A stretch of 64,000 nt of DNA from Candidatus Limnocylindrales bacterium (GTDB taxonomy: Bacteria > Moduliflexota > Moduliflexia > Moduliflexales > JAUQPW01), in NCBI GenBank assembly GCA_035559535.1, contig DATMBG010000004.1:1-64000 (forward strand), written 5' to 3'. Under the pieces are notes generated by a model. The model made no database searches. It saw nothing but the letters and a program-made list of their open reading frames with translations, and was not told the origin of the DNA. Positions 19,097 to 29,426 of this stretch are shown in pieces (position 1 is the first letter of the stretch; every line of letters begins with the position of its first letter). Made by a program: the position numbers and the translations under genes.

Positions 19097-20983
19097 TCAT
19101 GACCCTATGTTTTTTCGATGCCATAACTCCAGGATCATTAAATTCCAGAGAGCCGTTCCATAAAAAGAGGTTTCATCGGTTTTATGGAGTTCGACCATCT
19201 TTTCCAAAGTTCTTTTCTTAAAATAACCTCGCTGGATGCTTCGGGGACTCAGGACCAGGTCCTGCATCATCTCATTAAGTCTCTTATCTGTTCGGAGCCA
19301 AACAGGAATAGGAAGTCCAAAGCCATGTTTTTTCTTGGCCCGGGTTTCTGGAGGAAGCAAATCCGAATAAGCTTTCTTAAAGAAAGATCGAAGTTGTCTT
19401 CCCCGCATTTTGACAGAGGCAGGGATCCTCATGGCAAATTCGGCCAGAATATGATCCAGGAAGGGAAAACGTACGGTTATTCCAACGGCTTCCGTCATTC
19501 GCGTGACCTTAAAAAGATCGTTATCGGAGATGGCCAATTTCAAATCGATATAGAGTTGGCGATCCAGCTCACTTCGTGCAGGTGCCTGAAAATAACAGGA
19601 GTTAACGGTTGCTGAAAGATCATAATCTCTTCCAACCGCTTCCAGCAGGCTATCTTCCAGCAGTTCTGCCAACGGAATAACCTGGAAAAATCCATAGGAG
19701 GAGAGGCGGGCCGGGTAAGGGATACTGGCCCGTTGAATATACTTTTTTCCTTTTAAAAAAAGATCCCACTTCCATCTATCGGCCAATGCGAAGACCAGCG
19801 GTTTTATCAGGAATTCCCGGAACCCTCCTGGAATCATAGAATAGTACTCGAAGAGGCGTTGGGTGGCATAGCGCTCATTTCCGGCAAAGAGCTCATCTCC
19901 TCCATCTCCGGCATACAGGATATCAACTCCCTGTTCCCGAGCCATTTTAGCACAAAAGTAGGTTGGGATGGCAGAGGCATTGCCATAGGGTTCATCAAAT
20001 CCTTCCAGCAGAATGGGAATCGCATCGTAAGCATCCCGAGGGGATACAAAATATTCATAATGTTTGGCTCCAAAGGCCCTGGCCGCAATCCGGGCATAAT
20101 TGATTTCATTAAACCGTTGCTCTTCAAATCCGATGGAAAAACTCTTAACCGGATGCTGAATCAGTTGGGTCAGGACCCCCGTGACCGTGCTACTATCTAC
20201 CCCTCCACTCAAAAAGGTTCCAATCTGATTTGACATTCCGTCTACCTCCAAACGAACAGAGACGGCTTCTGTAAAACGGGTTTTGAGTTCTTTGGCCAGC
20301 TCTGATTCGATGGCTGTGGAAGGAAGCCGAAAGTGAATCTCCCAATAGGGTTCTAAGTAGACTTCTCCTCTCTGATAGGTCAGGAAGTAGCCTGGGGGAA
20401 GCTTTTTTACTTCTCGGAAAATCGTCTTCGGAGTCGGAATGATGGAAGCACCGGTTACCTCTACAATGGCTTCGGGATGTATGGTCCGTTTTATAGGAAA
20501 AGGACAGGCTAAGATCCCTTTCATTCGAGAGGCAAAGACCAGCTTGTCTGAATCCTGATAGTAAAGTAAGGGGTGAACCCGAAAGCGATCGGTAGCCAGG
20601 TACAAAGCCTCTTTGCGGCCATCCCAGATAGCCAAGGAAAACTCTCCACGAAGCCCTTGTAAAAAGTCCATTCCTTTTTTTGTATATAACATCAGTAATT
20701 CTGAAATAACTTCAGTACTCTGGTTCTTTGCAGGAACCCAATCCTTTAGATTGTAAAGGGTTCCATGAAAAGCCATTACAAGGGGTTGACCCTGTAACTC
20801 CCTTTCCGCTATTCCCGTCAGACGTCCTGGAAACCCTTGAGCTCCTATCCCTACGGATTCTAAAGTTGTTGCAAAGCTATCCCCCTGTTCCGACACTTTT
20901 AACGCCTGAACCAGGGATAATACATCTCCTTGGCTCAAACGGTTATTTTTATCATTAAAAACAATTCCGCAGATTCCACTCAT
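19097..20983 (-). CDS. Asparagine synthetase-like protein lacking the N-terminal catalytic Cys (MSGICG)
   Basis: FLSGGVDSS, GDGGDELFAG, VRFPFLD, KKHGFGLP; no RGPD/GHRRL glutaminase motifs. Confidence 0.85.
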   Translation of the reverse strand: MSGICGIVFNDKNNRLSQGDVLSLVQALKVSEQGDSFATTLESVGIGAQGFPGRLTGIAERELQGQPLVMAFHGTLYNLKDWVPAKNQSTEVISELLMLYTKKGMDFLQGLRGEFSLAIWDGRKEALYLATDRFRVHPLLYYQDSDKLVFASRMKGILACPFPIKRTIHPEAIVEVTGASIIPTPKTIFREVKKLPPGYFLTYQRGEVYLEPYWEIHFRLPSTAIESELAKELKTRFTEAVSVRLEVDGMSNQIGTFLSGGVDSSTVTGVLTQLIQHPVKSFSIGFEEQRFNEINYARIAARAFGAKHYEYFVSPRDAYDAIPILLEGFDEPYGNASAIPTYFCAKMAREQGVDILYAGDGGDELFAGNERYATQRLFEYYSMIPGGFREFLIKPLVFALADRWKWDLFLKGKKYIQRASIPYPARLSSYGFFQVIPLAELLEDSLLEAVGRDYDLSATVNSCYFQAPARSELDRQLYIDLKLAISDNDLFKVTRMTEAVGITVRFPFLDHILAEFAMRIPASVKMRGRQLRSFFKKAYSDLLPPETRAKKKHGFGLPIPVWLRTDKRLNEMMQDLVLSPRSIQRGYFKKRTLEKMVELHKTDETSFYGTALWNLMILELWHRKNIGS

Positions 20984-21002
20984 GGCAGCCCTTTCAATTA
21001 AA

Positions 21003-21767
21003 TCAATTCTGTTGTTCGGACTTTTTCTTTTGATCCGGTTTACCCTTTTTACCTTCTTCGGGTTTGGTTTTCTCGGATGAAGTTCCCTCCGGTTGAATTT
21101 TCAGAGATTGAATGTCTTCTGACTGGATCTTTATGGACTGAGTTTTCACCGGCATATCGGCTCTATAGCCCAGCTCTTTGGCCTGCTGCTCAGCCTGACG
21201 GCCCAGTTCCATATTACCACTTTTATAGTAGGCTTTGGATAACCACGCATAGGCCGGCGCCAGCTTTGGGTCCATTTTTATGGCCTGTTTCAATTCGGCT
21301 ATCCCCTCCTCAATTTTGCCAATATCTACCAGGTACGATCCATACTGAGCATGGGTAAAAGCATATTGCGGATATAAGCTAAGTGCCTTTTTGTAATAGA
21401 CAATGCCCAAGGTCGGAGCATTAGTTAATTTAGCTACAGATCCTAGAAGTTGGAGTGCAACCGGATGATTAGGAAATTTTTCCAAGGTATATTCAAGATC
21501 TGTAATTGCAGGTCCAAAATATCCCGTGCGAATATTACTAAAGACCTTCTCATCGAGATGAAAACGCTCAACTAAATTAAGCAGACCTTTGACTTCAGGA
21601 TAGAAATTAGCGGTGTAATAATCCTGATTTATCAAAGTTCCGGTGGCGTTACGATCACTCCTTATCCCCTGGGCTTGAACCAAAGGGAAACCCGAGAGGA
21701 CAATAACGAGTATCTCCACCAGGGAGAGGATAGAAATCTTTGTAAGGAAAGTTTTACTCATGACCAT
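21003..21767 (-). CDS. Exported tetratricopeptide-repeat protein with low-complexity C-tail
   Basis: Signal peptide ending VQA; FPNHPVAL, TPR-like helices (AHAQYGSYLV, AYAWLSKAYY). Confidence 0.8.
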   Translation of the reverse strand: MVMSKTFLTKISILSLVEILVIVLSGFPLVQAQGIRSDRNATGTLINQDYYTANFYPEVKGLLNLVERFHLDEKVFSNIRTGYFGPAITDLEYTLEKFPNHPVALQLLGSVAKLTNAPTLGIVYYKKALSLYPQYAFTHAQYGSYLVDIGKIEEGIAELKQAIKMDPKLAPAYAWLSKAYYKSGNMELGRQAEQQAKELGYRADMPVKTQSIKIQSEDIQSLKIQPEGTSSEKTKPEEGKKGKPDQKKKSEQQN

Positions 21768-21777
21768 CCCTCCTTCT

Positions 21778-23247
21778 TTAGAGTTTAGGTTGCGAACCGG
21801 TCCATCTCAGGGAATCATAAATATCGCGAACTTCCTCTATAATAGACTTATGAAACCAGAGAAGAAAAGTCAAATAACTTGTGACTCCCAGTATACAACT
21901 TCCGATCAGGGTAAAATGGGCACTTCTATTGTAAAGGGTTTTATCAGCCAACTGGAAAATTAAAACTACCAGGACCATCCCTGCGGAAGTAAAGATGGCC
22001 GGAAATAAACTTTGCATATAATGGGCCACAGAGAGATCCAGCTCAGTCAATCCCTGTTTGAATAGATAGATGGATAAGAGGGGATATACGCTTATCCATA
22101 CAAAGGCAACTCCTGCGATACTATATCTGGCTCCGATTAAAAATGAAAGGGGTAAGAAAATGAAACAAAGGAAGGTGTACTTAAATAAAATCTGAGGTTT
22201 ACCCTTTGCCATGAGAAGAGACGGAATGATGGCATCTACAGATTTTAGTAATCCCATAAGGCACAAGATCCTAAAGGGGGTCAGGATGGGTAACCATTTT
22301 TCCGTTAAAATTACTTTGATTAAACTCTCCGACACCAAAAACAGGCCCACGGAGCAGGGAAAGGTTATTAAAGAAATAAACCGGGTGATTTTTAAGAAAT
22401 AAACTCTCAAATTTTCCTTATCATCTTGAAGTTTAGAAAAAACTGAGAAGGTGACCTGATTAACGACGGCGGTTATCTTCTGAACCGGCATGGTAGACAA
22501 TTGAAACGCCATAGCATAGAACCCTAGAAGCTTATCTCCTAAAAACTTACCGATGATCAGAGAATCCGAACTGGTATAAAAATACCAGAGCACGCGAGAG
22601 CCTGCGATAGAGACCCCAAAGCTTAATAACTGTTTAACTTTCTCCAAAAGAAAGACAGGTTTTGGCTTCCAAGGAGCGAAATAAAAGGCTAGAGCACTTA
22701 GAATCAAATTTTGTAAAAGAGTTCCGTATACAATGCTCCATACACCCCCTCCTAAGAGAGCTAAGGTAGCCGAGAAAATCCCTCCTATCAGCACGGATAA
22801 GAATTCTGCGATGGATCTTTTAGCAAAGGCTAATTCTTTGGTAAGCAAGTTGAAAGGAATAGTTTTAAGGGCGCCGATAATAAAGACCAGGGACAATACC
22901 CGTAAAACGGAAGTTAATTTATCATTATTAAAAAAGATGGCAACCCCAGGTGCCAAAAGAAAGGCCGTTAAGTAAAAGAACAGACCTGAAAGAACAGAAA
23001 TCCAAAAAGTACTGTTCAAATCATCTTCATCCAGATTTTTCTTCTGAATAATAGCCGCGCCAACGCCCAGTTCGTTCATTAAGTCTAAAAATCCTATGAA
23101 GATCCAGGCCATCCCGATTAATCCAAAATCACTGGGTAGCAAAAGACGGGCAAGAAGAACCGTAACCAGCCATGAAACCAGTTGATTAACAATTTTGGCT
23201 GAAGATACCCACAGAAAGGCGTTTATGGTCTTAGTTTTTAAACCCAT
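21778..23247 (-). CDS. wzx: Polysaccharide flippase (Wzx/WzxC-like, MOP superfamily)
   Basis: LARLLLPSDFG, AAIIQKK, IIGKFLG..LGFY; many TM helices. Confidence 0.88.
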   Translation of the reverse strand: MGLKTKTINAFLWVSSAKIVNQLVSWLVTVLLARLLLPSDFGLIGMAWIFIGFLDLMNELGVGAAIIQKKNLDEDDLNSTFWISVLSGLFFYLTAFLLAPGVAIFFNNDKLTSVLRVLSLVFIIGALKTIPFNLLTKELAFAKRSIAEFLSVLIGGIFSATLALLGGGVWSIVYGTLLQNLILSALAFYFAPWKPKPVFLLEKVKQLLSFGVSIAGSRVLWYFYTSSDSLIIGKFLGDKLLGFYAMAFQLSTMPVQKITAVVNQVTFSVFSKLQDDKENLRVYFLKITRFISLITFPCSVGLFLVSESLIKVILTEKWLPILTPFRILCLMGLLKSVDAIIPSLLMAKGKPQILFKYTFLCFIFLPLSFLIGARYSIAGVAFVWISVYPLLSIYLFKQGLTELDLSVAHYMQSLFPAIFTSAGMVLVVLIFQLADKTLYNRSAHFTLIGSCILGVTSYLTFLLWFHKSIIEEVRDIYDSLRWTGSQPKL

Positions 23248-23299
23248 GGAAGCCTCTTTTTTTAAGTTAAATAAAGATGATCGGGATTAAGGTTTCTTT

Positions 23300-24001
23300 T
23301 TAAGTCGAAGATAAAGATGCCTTTCTAGCCCTCAGGACCAGATAGTTATGCCCAAAGGATTCAACTGAAAGGAGTGTATCCACCTTAAAATAATTGCTGA
23401 CCAGGTCTTGTAAGCTTCGGGCATTAAACGAAGCTACGTGCTCATCGAACTCTTCGGGTTTCATAGAATCATTTGGAACTGCGATAACAAGATAGCCATC
23501 TTCTTTTAGAAGTCTATAAAGGCTTTTAAGCGTTTCCTGGGGATTGGAGAGATGTTCCAGTGTTTCTATAATGGTACAGACATCAAAGCTATTTTCTTCA
23601 AGATCCGATGGAAGATTTGGAAGCTCACACTTGAAACCTTGAAATCCTTTTTTTTTGATCATTTGCATAGAAACCTCAGATATATCAATTCCTATACAGT
23701 TACAAAGTTTTTGATTCCTGAGCATTTCCATGAAGGTACCGGTTCCACATCCTGCATCCAGCACTCTGGATTTTATAGGGATTAAGTTTATGATCTCCCG
23801 ACGCAAGGGCCCATATTTTTCTTCGTCATATCCCCCGGATTTATATCTTTTGTTCCAATAAGCTTCAGTATTGGGATTATATCGACCATACAACAAGAAA
23901 CGGGCCAGGGTTGGTGAAATCTTTCTAATGAACGACAATAAAAAGAACGGAAAGTGAGGCTCTTTGATGAAATGAATTATTTTATTCCAGATCCTACCCA
24001 T
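23300..24001 (-). CDS. Class I SAM-dependent methyltransferase
   Basis: VLDAGCGTG, GIDIS, LEHL, VIAVPN. Confidence 0.85.
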   Translation of the reverse strand: MGRIWNKIIHFIKEPHFPFFLLSFIRKISPTLARFLLYGRYNPNTEAYWNKRYKSGGYDEEKYGPLRREIINLIPIKSRVLDAGCGTGTFMEMLRNQKLCNCIGIDISEVSMQMIKKKGFQGFKCELPNLPSDLEENSFDVCTIIETLEHLSNPQETLKSLYRLLKEDGYLVIAVPNDSMKPEEFDEHVASFNARSLQDLVSNYFKVDTLLSVESFGHNYLVLRARKASLSST

Positions 24002-24092
24002 TTTTAAATCTCCTCATTAAGTGATTTTATCTATCCTGTCCTGGGATTATCCAGCCAAACGCTGAACTGTGATTTTCTCAAGGCTTTCATTT

Positions 24093-25346
24093 TCATAGGT
24101 GAACGTAAATTTTAGTCATTTTTCTCTCCCCATTGATCAATCCTTTTAATATCTCTTCCAAATGATTCATGCTTTGAGTCCAATCATATTGGGCTTCAAT
24201 AGTCTCCCTTGCCCGAAGGGATATCTTTTCCCGTAAAAGAGGATCTTTTATGAGTCGGATAACCTTACTGGCAAATTCTTGAGGGTCATCTTCCACAAAA
24301 AGGGCCTCACCCGGAATCGCCTTTATCCCATCGAAGGCCACCGAGGTGGCCACCACGGGAATACCCATAGCCATGGCTTCCAGAACCTTATTTTGAATAC
24401 CTCTGGCGATTCGTAGGGGAGCTACAAACACCGTTGCTTTGGAAAGATATTGTCGTGTATCCTTCACAAATCCCGTCACCACGATGTTTTGATCTTCTTT
24501 TTCGAGTCTCCGTATTTTTCGAACGGGATTCATGCCCACGATATAAAATCGGACTTCGGGAATTTCCTTTTTTATCCTGGGCAAGATTTCGTTCCGAAAA
24601 TAAAGGACTCCATCGACATTAGCCAGGTAATCCATAGCTCCCGTAAACACCAGGGAAGCTGCTTCACGATGTTCCGGCATGGGTTTGAAATAATGATAAT
24701 CTAAGCCATTGGAAATAGCAGAGATGGCCGGGATAGAATCCGATGAGGTAGAGGTGGCTCCTACCGGGCCGAAAAAGCTCCTGAACAAATTGGCCTCACT
24801 TTCCGATACGAAAATACTCTGCTGGAATTGTTGGGCAATGAACTTTTCATAATCTCGCAAGCGTTTTCCCTCAAGTTTATAAATGGCCGAGAAGGGAAAG
24901 GGGGTATACCGGGCATATTGTAGCCATTTTTCAGAATCTACATCGACAAAGTCCATTATTTTCGGGATATGGCAGACAGGCAGGACATATTGCGCCATGG
25001 CAGAAGAAAACACAAAGATCAGATCGTAGGAGTTATCCCTCAGTTCTCGGTCAATCTTCTGTTGCAATGTTTTAGAGAAGAAATACGGTAAAGATAACGG
25101 TTTTCCCAAAGGCAAGGAAATCAGACTTTTAAGCCTGGCATAACGCTTATTCAAAAACACAACCTCTACGTTTTCACAATATTTTTTTAGCTCATCCTTA
25201 TAGGTAAGATCGCTGGCTTCATCTGCCAGACACATCAAGGAGATGGAATGCCTTTCGGATAAATACTTGATTTCGTTGAAGGATCGGATCTTGTCCCCTT
25301 TATTAGGGGGATAAGGTATCCGATGGGCAATAAACAAAATCTTCAT
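24093..25346 (-). CDS. Glycosyltransferase GT4-like (PEP-CTERM/EpsH-associated sugar transferase type)
   Basis: HRIPYPPNKGDKIRS, DFVDVDSEKW, FTGAMDY, ARGIQNKVLEAMAM. Confidence 0.9.
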   Translation of the reverse strand: MKILFIAHRIPYPPNKGDKIRSFNEIKYLSERHSISLMCLADEASDLTYKDELKKYCENVEVVFLNKRYARLKSLISLPLGKPLSLPYFFSKTLQQKIDRELRDNSYDLIFVFSSAMAQYVLPVCHIPKIMDFVDVDSEKWLQYARYTPFPFSAIYKLEGKRLRDYEKFIAQQFQQSIFVSESEANLFRSFFGPVGATSTSSDSIPAISAISNGLDYHYFKPMPEHREAASLVFTGAMDYLANVDGVLYFRNEILPRIKKEIPEVRFYIVGMNPVRKIRRLEKEDQNIVVTGFVKDTRQYLSKATVFVAPLRIARGIQNKVLEAMAMGIPVVATSVAFDGIKAIPGEALFVEDDPQEFASKVIRLIKDPLLREKISLRARETIEAQYDWTQSMNHLEEILKGLINGERKMTKIYVHL

Positions 25347-25387
25347 GGATTCTTTACCTTTTATTATTTATAAAGGCTATTCGACGG

Positions 25388-26413
25388 TTAGGGGATATAT
25401 TTCACAATCAACGGACCCAGGGCTTTGGTTACAGATAAAGGAAGTTTTTTCCAAAGGTCGATTTTCCTTTGATATTTAGGATTCAAGGGATTAATATCGG
25501 GAATCTGCTGAGAGCGATTCAGGTAATACTGATAATGAAGCGGTTGGGGGACCATTCCCCAGTGTTTTTTAAAGTCAAAAGACCCAGACCCTTTCTTACT
25601 CCGCCCAAAATCAAAGATCTTATAGCCGTGCTCACTTCCATATTTCATGAGCTCCCAATACATAAAATTGTTGACTTTAAGGTCATAGGCTTCCTTGAGA
25701 GCCCCGCCGTAATAGGGAAGGACCTGGTTCTTAAAAAGGAAGGTCATCACCCCGGAGAGGATTTTACCCTCATGTTTAACTACCAGAATCTTGCAGGTCT
25801 CGGGAAATTCTTCCAGGAGAATTTTAAACAGGCGGAGGGGATAAACCGGCGACCCCAGGTTATGATAGCTGGAGGCAAAAATATGATAAAACTCTTCCAG
25901 ATGGTCTCTTCCAATTTCCGATTGCAGATTATTTTTAATACCCTGACGAATCATCGTTCGGGTTTTTCTGTAGATACTTTCCATGTTTTTCTCAGGATCT
26001 GGGTACAACTCCTGTTGAAAAGTGACATAGAGATCTTTAGTTGGAAGATCGGCGTGTTTCAGTTCTATATTCCTTAACTCCAGGTAATCGACTCCTTCCC
26101 GTTGGGTCAATTTTTTGGCTTCTTCCAGAAGTAGATTTTCTGTATCCTTATCATCGGCACAAATGCCTCCATAAGCGGCATGGGGAAGGGATATAAGGGC
26201 CTTATGAAAGGAAAGGTTCCTGGTTAAGAACAAAGGCAGAATTCCCTTTATTTGACCGTTAACCTCTGCCAGGAGATAAAAAGACCGGTAACCAAAAGTC
26301 CTCTCCATAGCCCGTTTCCATCCTGTCAGGTGAAAAAAAGTGGCCTTATCTGATCTTTGGACATACTCGTCCCATAGGACTTTTTTGGATTCTGTATAGA
26401 ATTCTATCTTCAT
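25388..26413 (-). CDS. FemAB-related GNAT protein (PEP-CTERM EPS locus type)
   Basis: ATFFHLTGW, GILPL, YYGG, NNFMYWELM, FDFGRSK, NPLNPKY; start set at ATG 26413 overlapping upstream stop (ATGA). Confidence 0.88.
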   Translation of the reverse strand: MKIEFYTESKKVLWDEYVQRSDKATFFHLTGWKRAMERTFGYRSFYLLAEVNGQIKGILPLFLTRNLSFHKALISLPHAAYGGICADDKDTENLLLEEAKKLTQREGVDYLELRNIELKHADLPTKDLYVTFQQELYPDPEKNMESIYRKTRTMIRQGIKNNLQSEIGRDHLEEFYHIFASSYHNLGSPVYPLRLFKILLEEFPETCKILVVKHEGKILSGVMTFLFKNQVLPYYGGALKEAYDLKVNNFMYWELMKYGSEHGYKIFDFGRSKKGSGSFDFKKHWGMVPQPLHYQYYLNRSQQIPDINPLNPKYQRKIDLWKKLPLSVTKALGPLIVKYIP

Positions 26414-27588
26414 ATAGCTTTTTGAACAAGCTGGATGACCTTTTTTGCATTCTCTTTCCAGAGATATTTTCTCTCGAAGATTTGCTCCCGAGCCCTGCTG
26501 CCGATTCGTCTTCGGAAGGAGGCATCCTGTACACATTTCAGGATAGCTTCTTCCAGAGCTTTTTTATTAGAAGGTTCAAAGAGTATTCCGCTTTCATTGT
26601 GAATCAGAATTTCTTCGATATTTTCTTGCTTAGGGGCCACAATAGCTTTTCCCATGCCCATATATTCAAATAATTTCATAGGAGAGGCATAAGGGGTGGC
26701 ACTGGGTTGTAGCGCAACATCCATAGCAGCCATATAGGCAGCAACCTGTTGATGAGGAATCGGTCCTGTGAAGGTAACCCGATCGGACAGAGCATGCACC
26801 TTCACATATTTTTGAAGAGAGTCGTAGGCCGGACCCTCCCCGATGAGAAGAAGATGAACAGGGGTTTGTTTAAAAGAATCTTCGGCCATGACTTCCAGTA
26901 ACATTTCAAGCCCATGCCATTTTCTAAACCAGCCTATAAAGCCAAGGACTACTTTACCTGCCAGATGATATTTTTTACGTACCCCTTCACCCGAAATACC
27001 AGGATGAATCTGCTCCGGGTCTATTCCATTGGGAATCACCTCTAGATGAGAGGCTGGAACCCCTAAACCAGTTAAATGCTTCTTGAGGGGGGTTGAAACC
27101 ACCACAGTTTTTGTCGTATGGGAAGTGATCCAGCGCTCCAGGGACTCTGCAAGCTTAGGGAAAATCAACTTTCCATATACCTTTTGCTCATAGGCCAGGG
27201 GAGCATTCACTTCTAAGATGATAGGAATCCCATATCGTTTAGCGGCCAGAACTCCGGCAAAGGTATAGAGGGCATATCTTTCGTAAATGAAATCGGGTTG
27301 GAACTTCTGGATCGCCTGGGAGAGTTTTTGATAGCCGATCAGATTGTAAGCGATCTCCATGGCTTCATACAGGGCCTTGGGAGAAAACCGGGTTAAAAAA
27401 CTCCAAAAATCACTTCTTCTTGACATGGGCAATTTAAGATTGGGAGCCTGAACCTCCTTACTTTTTATTTTGACGAGCGAAACCTCTTCGACTTCATGGC
27501 CCAGATTTCGAAAGGCTTTTATAATCTCCGCAATATGGATACCTTGGGCATCCTCTGCCTGGGTACGATGGTGATATAAAATTTTCAT
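26410..27588 (-). CDS. Glycosyltransferase family 4
   Basis: DFIYERY, LEVNAP, VIPNG, SPMKLFEYM. Confidence 0.9.
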   Translation of the reverse strand: MKILYHHRTQAEDAQGIHIAEIIKAFRNLGHEVEEVSLVKIKSKEVQAPNLKLPMSRRSDFWSFLTRFSPKALYEAMEIAYNLIGYQKLSQAIQKFQPDFIYERYALYTFAGVLAAKRYGIPIILEVNAPLAYEQKVYGKLIFPKLAESLERWITSHTTKTVVVSTPLKKHLTGLGVPASHLEVIPNGIDPEQIHPGISGEGVRKKYHLAGKVVLGFIGWFRKWHGLEMLLEVMAEDSFKQTPVHLLLIGEGPAYDSLQKYVKVHALSDRVTFTGPIPHQQVAAYMAAMDVALQPSATPYASPMKLFEYMGMGKAIVAPKQENIEEILIHNESGILFEPSNKKALEEAILKCVQDASFRRRIGSRAREQIFERKYLWKENAKKVIQLVQKAI

Positions 27589-27605
27589 CGGTCCGATCTG
27601 GATTT

Positions 27606-29390
27606 CTAGATTTGCTTTTGGGCTTTCAAGACCTTGTTCAGTCCATACAGGACTCCTAAGATAAAGAGGGCTTCAATCAAGTAAGCAGAAATCGGATCTT
27701 TAAAAAGTTCCATTACTACTTCTTGAAATCGCTTAAAAGCTTCTGTTAGAGAGTTTTGTTCGGCGAAGAATTCCTGAAGTGCGCTCCATGTAATACTCCC
27801 TCTCCTCCGCTCTACTTCGTAAAAGATATAAAACGCAGGGATCAAAGCCAACCGTAGGAGGATCTCAAAGAACTTGACGACCTTCTGGCCCTCTTTTCCG
27901 ACCTGGATACGCAGGGCCTGTAAGAAGCCATTAATCACAGAATATATCCAGAATATTAAAGACTCGGCCCGTTGGATAAACGAAAGCCCCTGGAGAATAA
28001 TCCCAACCCCCGAGTAAATAAACGGCGAAATAAAGTTGCCCAGGAATTTGTGTAGGGGACGATCCGAAGAACCTAAAAACCAGGCTTGTGCAAGGGTTCC
28101 AATCCACATAACCAGGTTAGCCCTATTTTTTAAATACTCCGGGAATCCATATACATTGGTTTTCAACAAGAGAGCAAACAGAGGGAAGTGGGCACTGTTG
28201 GTTATAAGCTCTTGCGCAATTCTGGGCATCCGGTCCGTCATTGAAATGTCTTCCCGGACAGGGGTTTTTTCCCTGGCTTCAAGATCTATTAACTCATCTT
28301 CTCCTAAATCGTCTTTCCAGGTCCATGGGGTTTTCGACAGATTTCTTTGTTCTTGAAGGGATTCTGTTTCCGGGGCCGGTTCTAAACGATGCGTTTGTTC
28401 TATTTTTTCAACCGCTCTCTGAACCGATTCCAGTTTACTCCCCAATTCTTCCAGTTTTTTCTCAAGTAAAGATGTTACCGGCAAAGCTTCCAGGCCGGTT
28501 TTAACGGATTCTCCTGAAGGTTCCGGAGAGTATTTCGGGGTATTGGAAGTGGAGAGTTCTCGGGTCTCCTTAAGGGGACTTTGAACGGCCTTTAACTCTT
28601 CGATGACTTCCAGGACAATGGCTTCGTCGATCTGCCTTTTTTCGCTGACAAAGCCGGTAAGCAGAGCGGCGTCACAGATATTGTTAATCATTCGGGGAAT
28701 TCCTCTAGAAAATTCGGCAATATGATCGATCGCTTCCGATGTGAAGAGATTTTTATTTTGGCAGCCGGCTACCTGTAAGCGGTAGTGAATATAGCCTTCG
28801 GTTTCTTTTCGATCTAAACCGGTCATATGGAAAGTGACGGTAATCCGCTGAGCCAACTGTCTCAATTCGGGTTGCCTCAATTTATGGGCTAACTCGGGTT
28901 GTCCGGACAAAATGATTTGTAACAACTTCTCCTTGCTGGTTTCTAAGTTAGAGAGGAGTCGAATTTCTTCCAGCAGAGCTGTTGTGAAATTTTGAGCTTC
29001 ATCGACGATCAGTAGCGCATAATTCCCCAAGGCATGTTGTTCCAGCAAGAACCGATTCAAACTTTCTAGCAATTCTGTTTTTGAGCCCCCTTTGATAGTC
29101 AAACCGAAATCCCGAACGATCATCTCCAAAAGCTGAAGGGAGGTTAGATCATTGGTATTATTAATCTTAGCGACTTTAGTGGTATCCTTTAAGCTATTTA
29201 AAAGAACCTGAATAACCGTTGTCTTTCCAGAGCCCACCTCTCCGGTCAAAGCAATAAACCCTTGTTTATCTTCCAGCCCGTAAGTCAGATAAGCCAGAGC
29301 CTGTCTATGAACGGAGCTATGGTAAAAAAAATCTGGATCTGGGGTTAATTTAAAAGGTTTTTCTTTAAAGCCATAAAATTGATTATACAT
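27606..29390 (-). CDS. ExeA-like AAA ATPase (PEP-CTERM locus type) with C-terminal coiled-coil and membrane extension
   Basis: MYNQFYGFKEKPFKLTPDP, GEVGSGKTT, VDEAQN, LSGQPEL, GIPRMIN; about 300 extra residues with hydrophobic helices. Confidence 0.88.
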   Translation of the reverse strand: MYNQFYGFKEKPFKLTPDPDFFYHSSVHRQALAYLTYGLEDKQGFIALTGEVGSGKTTVIQVLLNSLKDTTKVAKINNTNDLTSLQLLEMIVRDFGLTIKGGSKTELLESLNRFLLEQHALGNYALLIVDEAQNFTTALLEEIRLLSNLETSKEKLLQIILSGQPELAHKLRQPELRQLAQRITVTFHMTGLDRKETEGYIHYRLQVAGCQNKNLFTSEAIDHIAEFSRGIPRMINNICDAALLTGFVSEKRQIDEAIVLEVIEELKAVQSPLKETRELSTSNTPKYSPEPSGESVKTGLEALPVTSLLEKKLEELGSKLESVQRAVEKIEQTHRLEPAPETESLQEQRNLSKTPWTWKDDLGEDELIDLEAREKTPVREDISMTDRMPRIAQELITNSAHFPLFALLLKTNVYGFPEYLKNRANLVMWIGTLAQAWFLGSSDRPLHKFLGNFISPFIYSGVGIILQGLSFIQRAESLIFWIYSVINGFLQALRIQVGKEGQKVVKFFEILLRLALIPAFYIFYEVERRRGSITWSALQEFFAEQNSLTEAFKRFQEVVMELFKDPISAYLIEALFILGVLYGLNKVLKAQKQI

Positions 29391-29426
29391 AGGGGGTATC
29401 CATTCTTTAAGTTTTTGATAAAAAAG

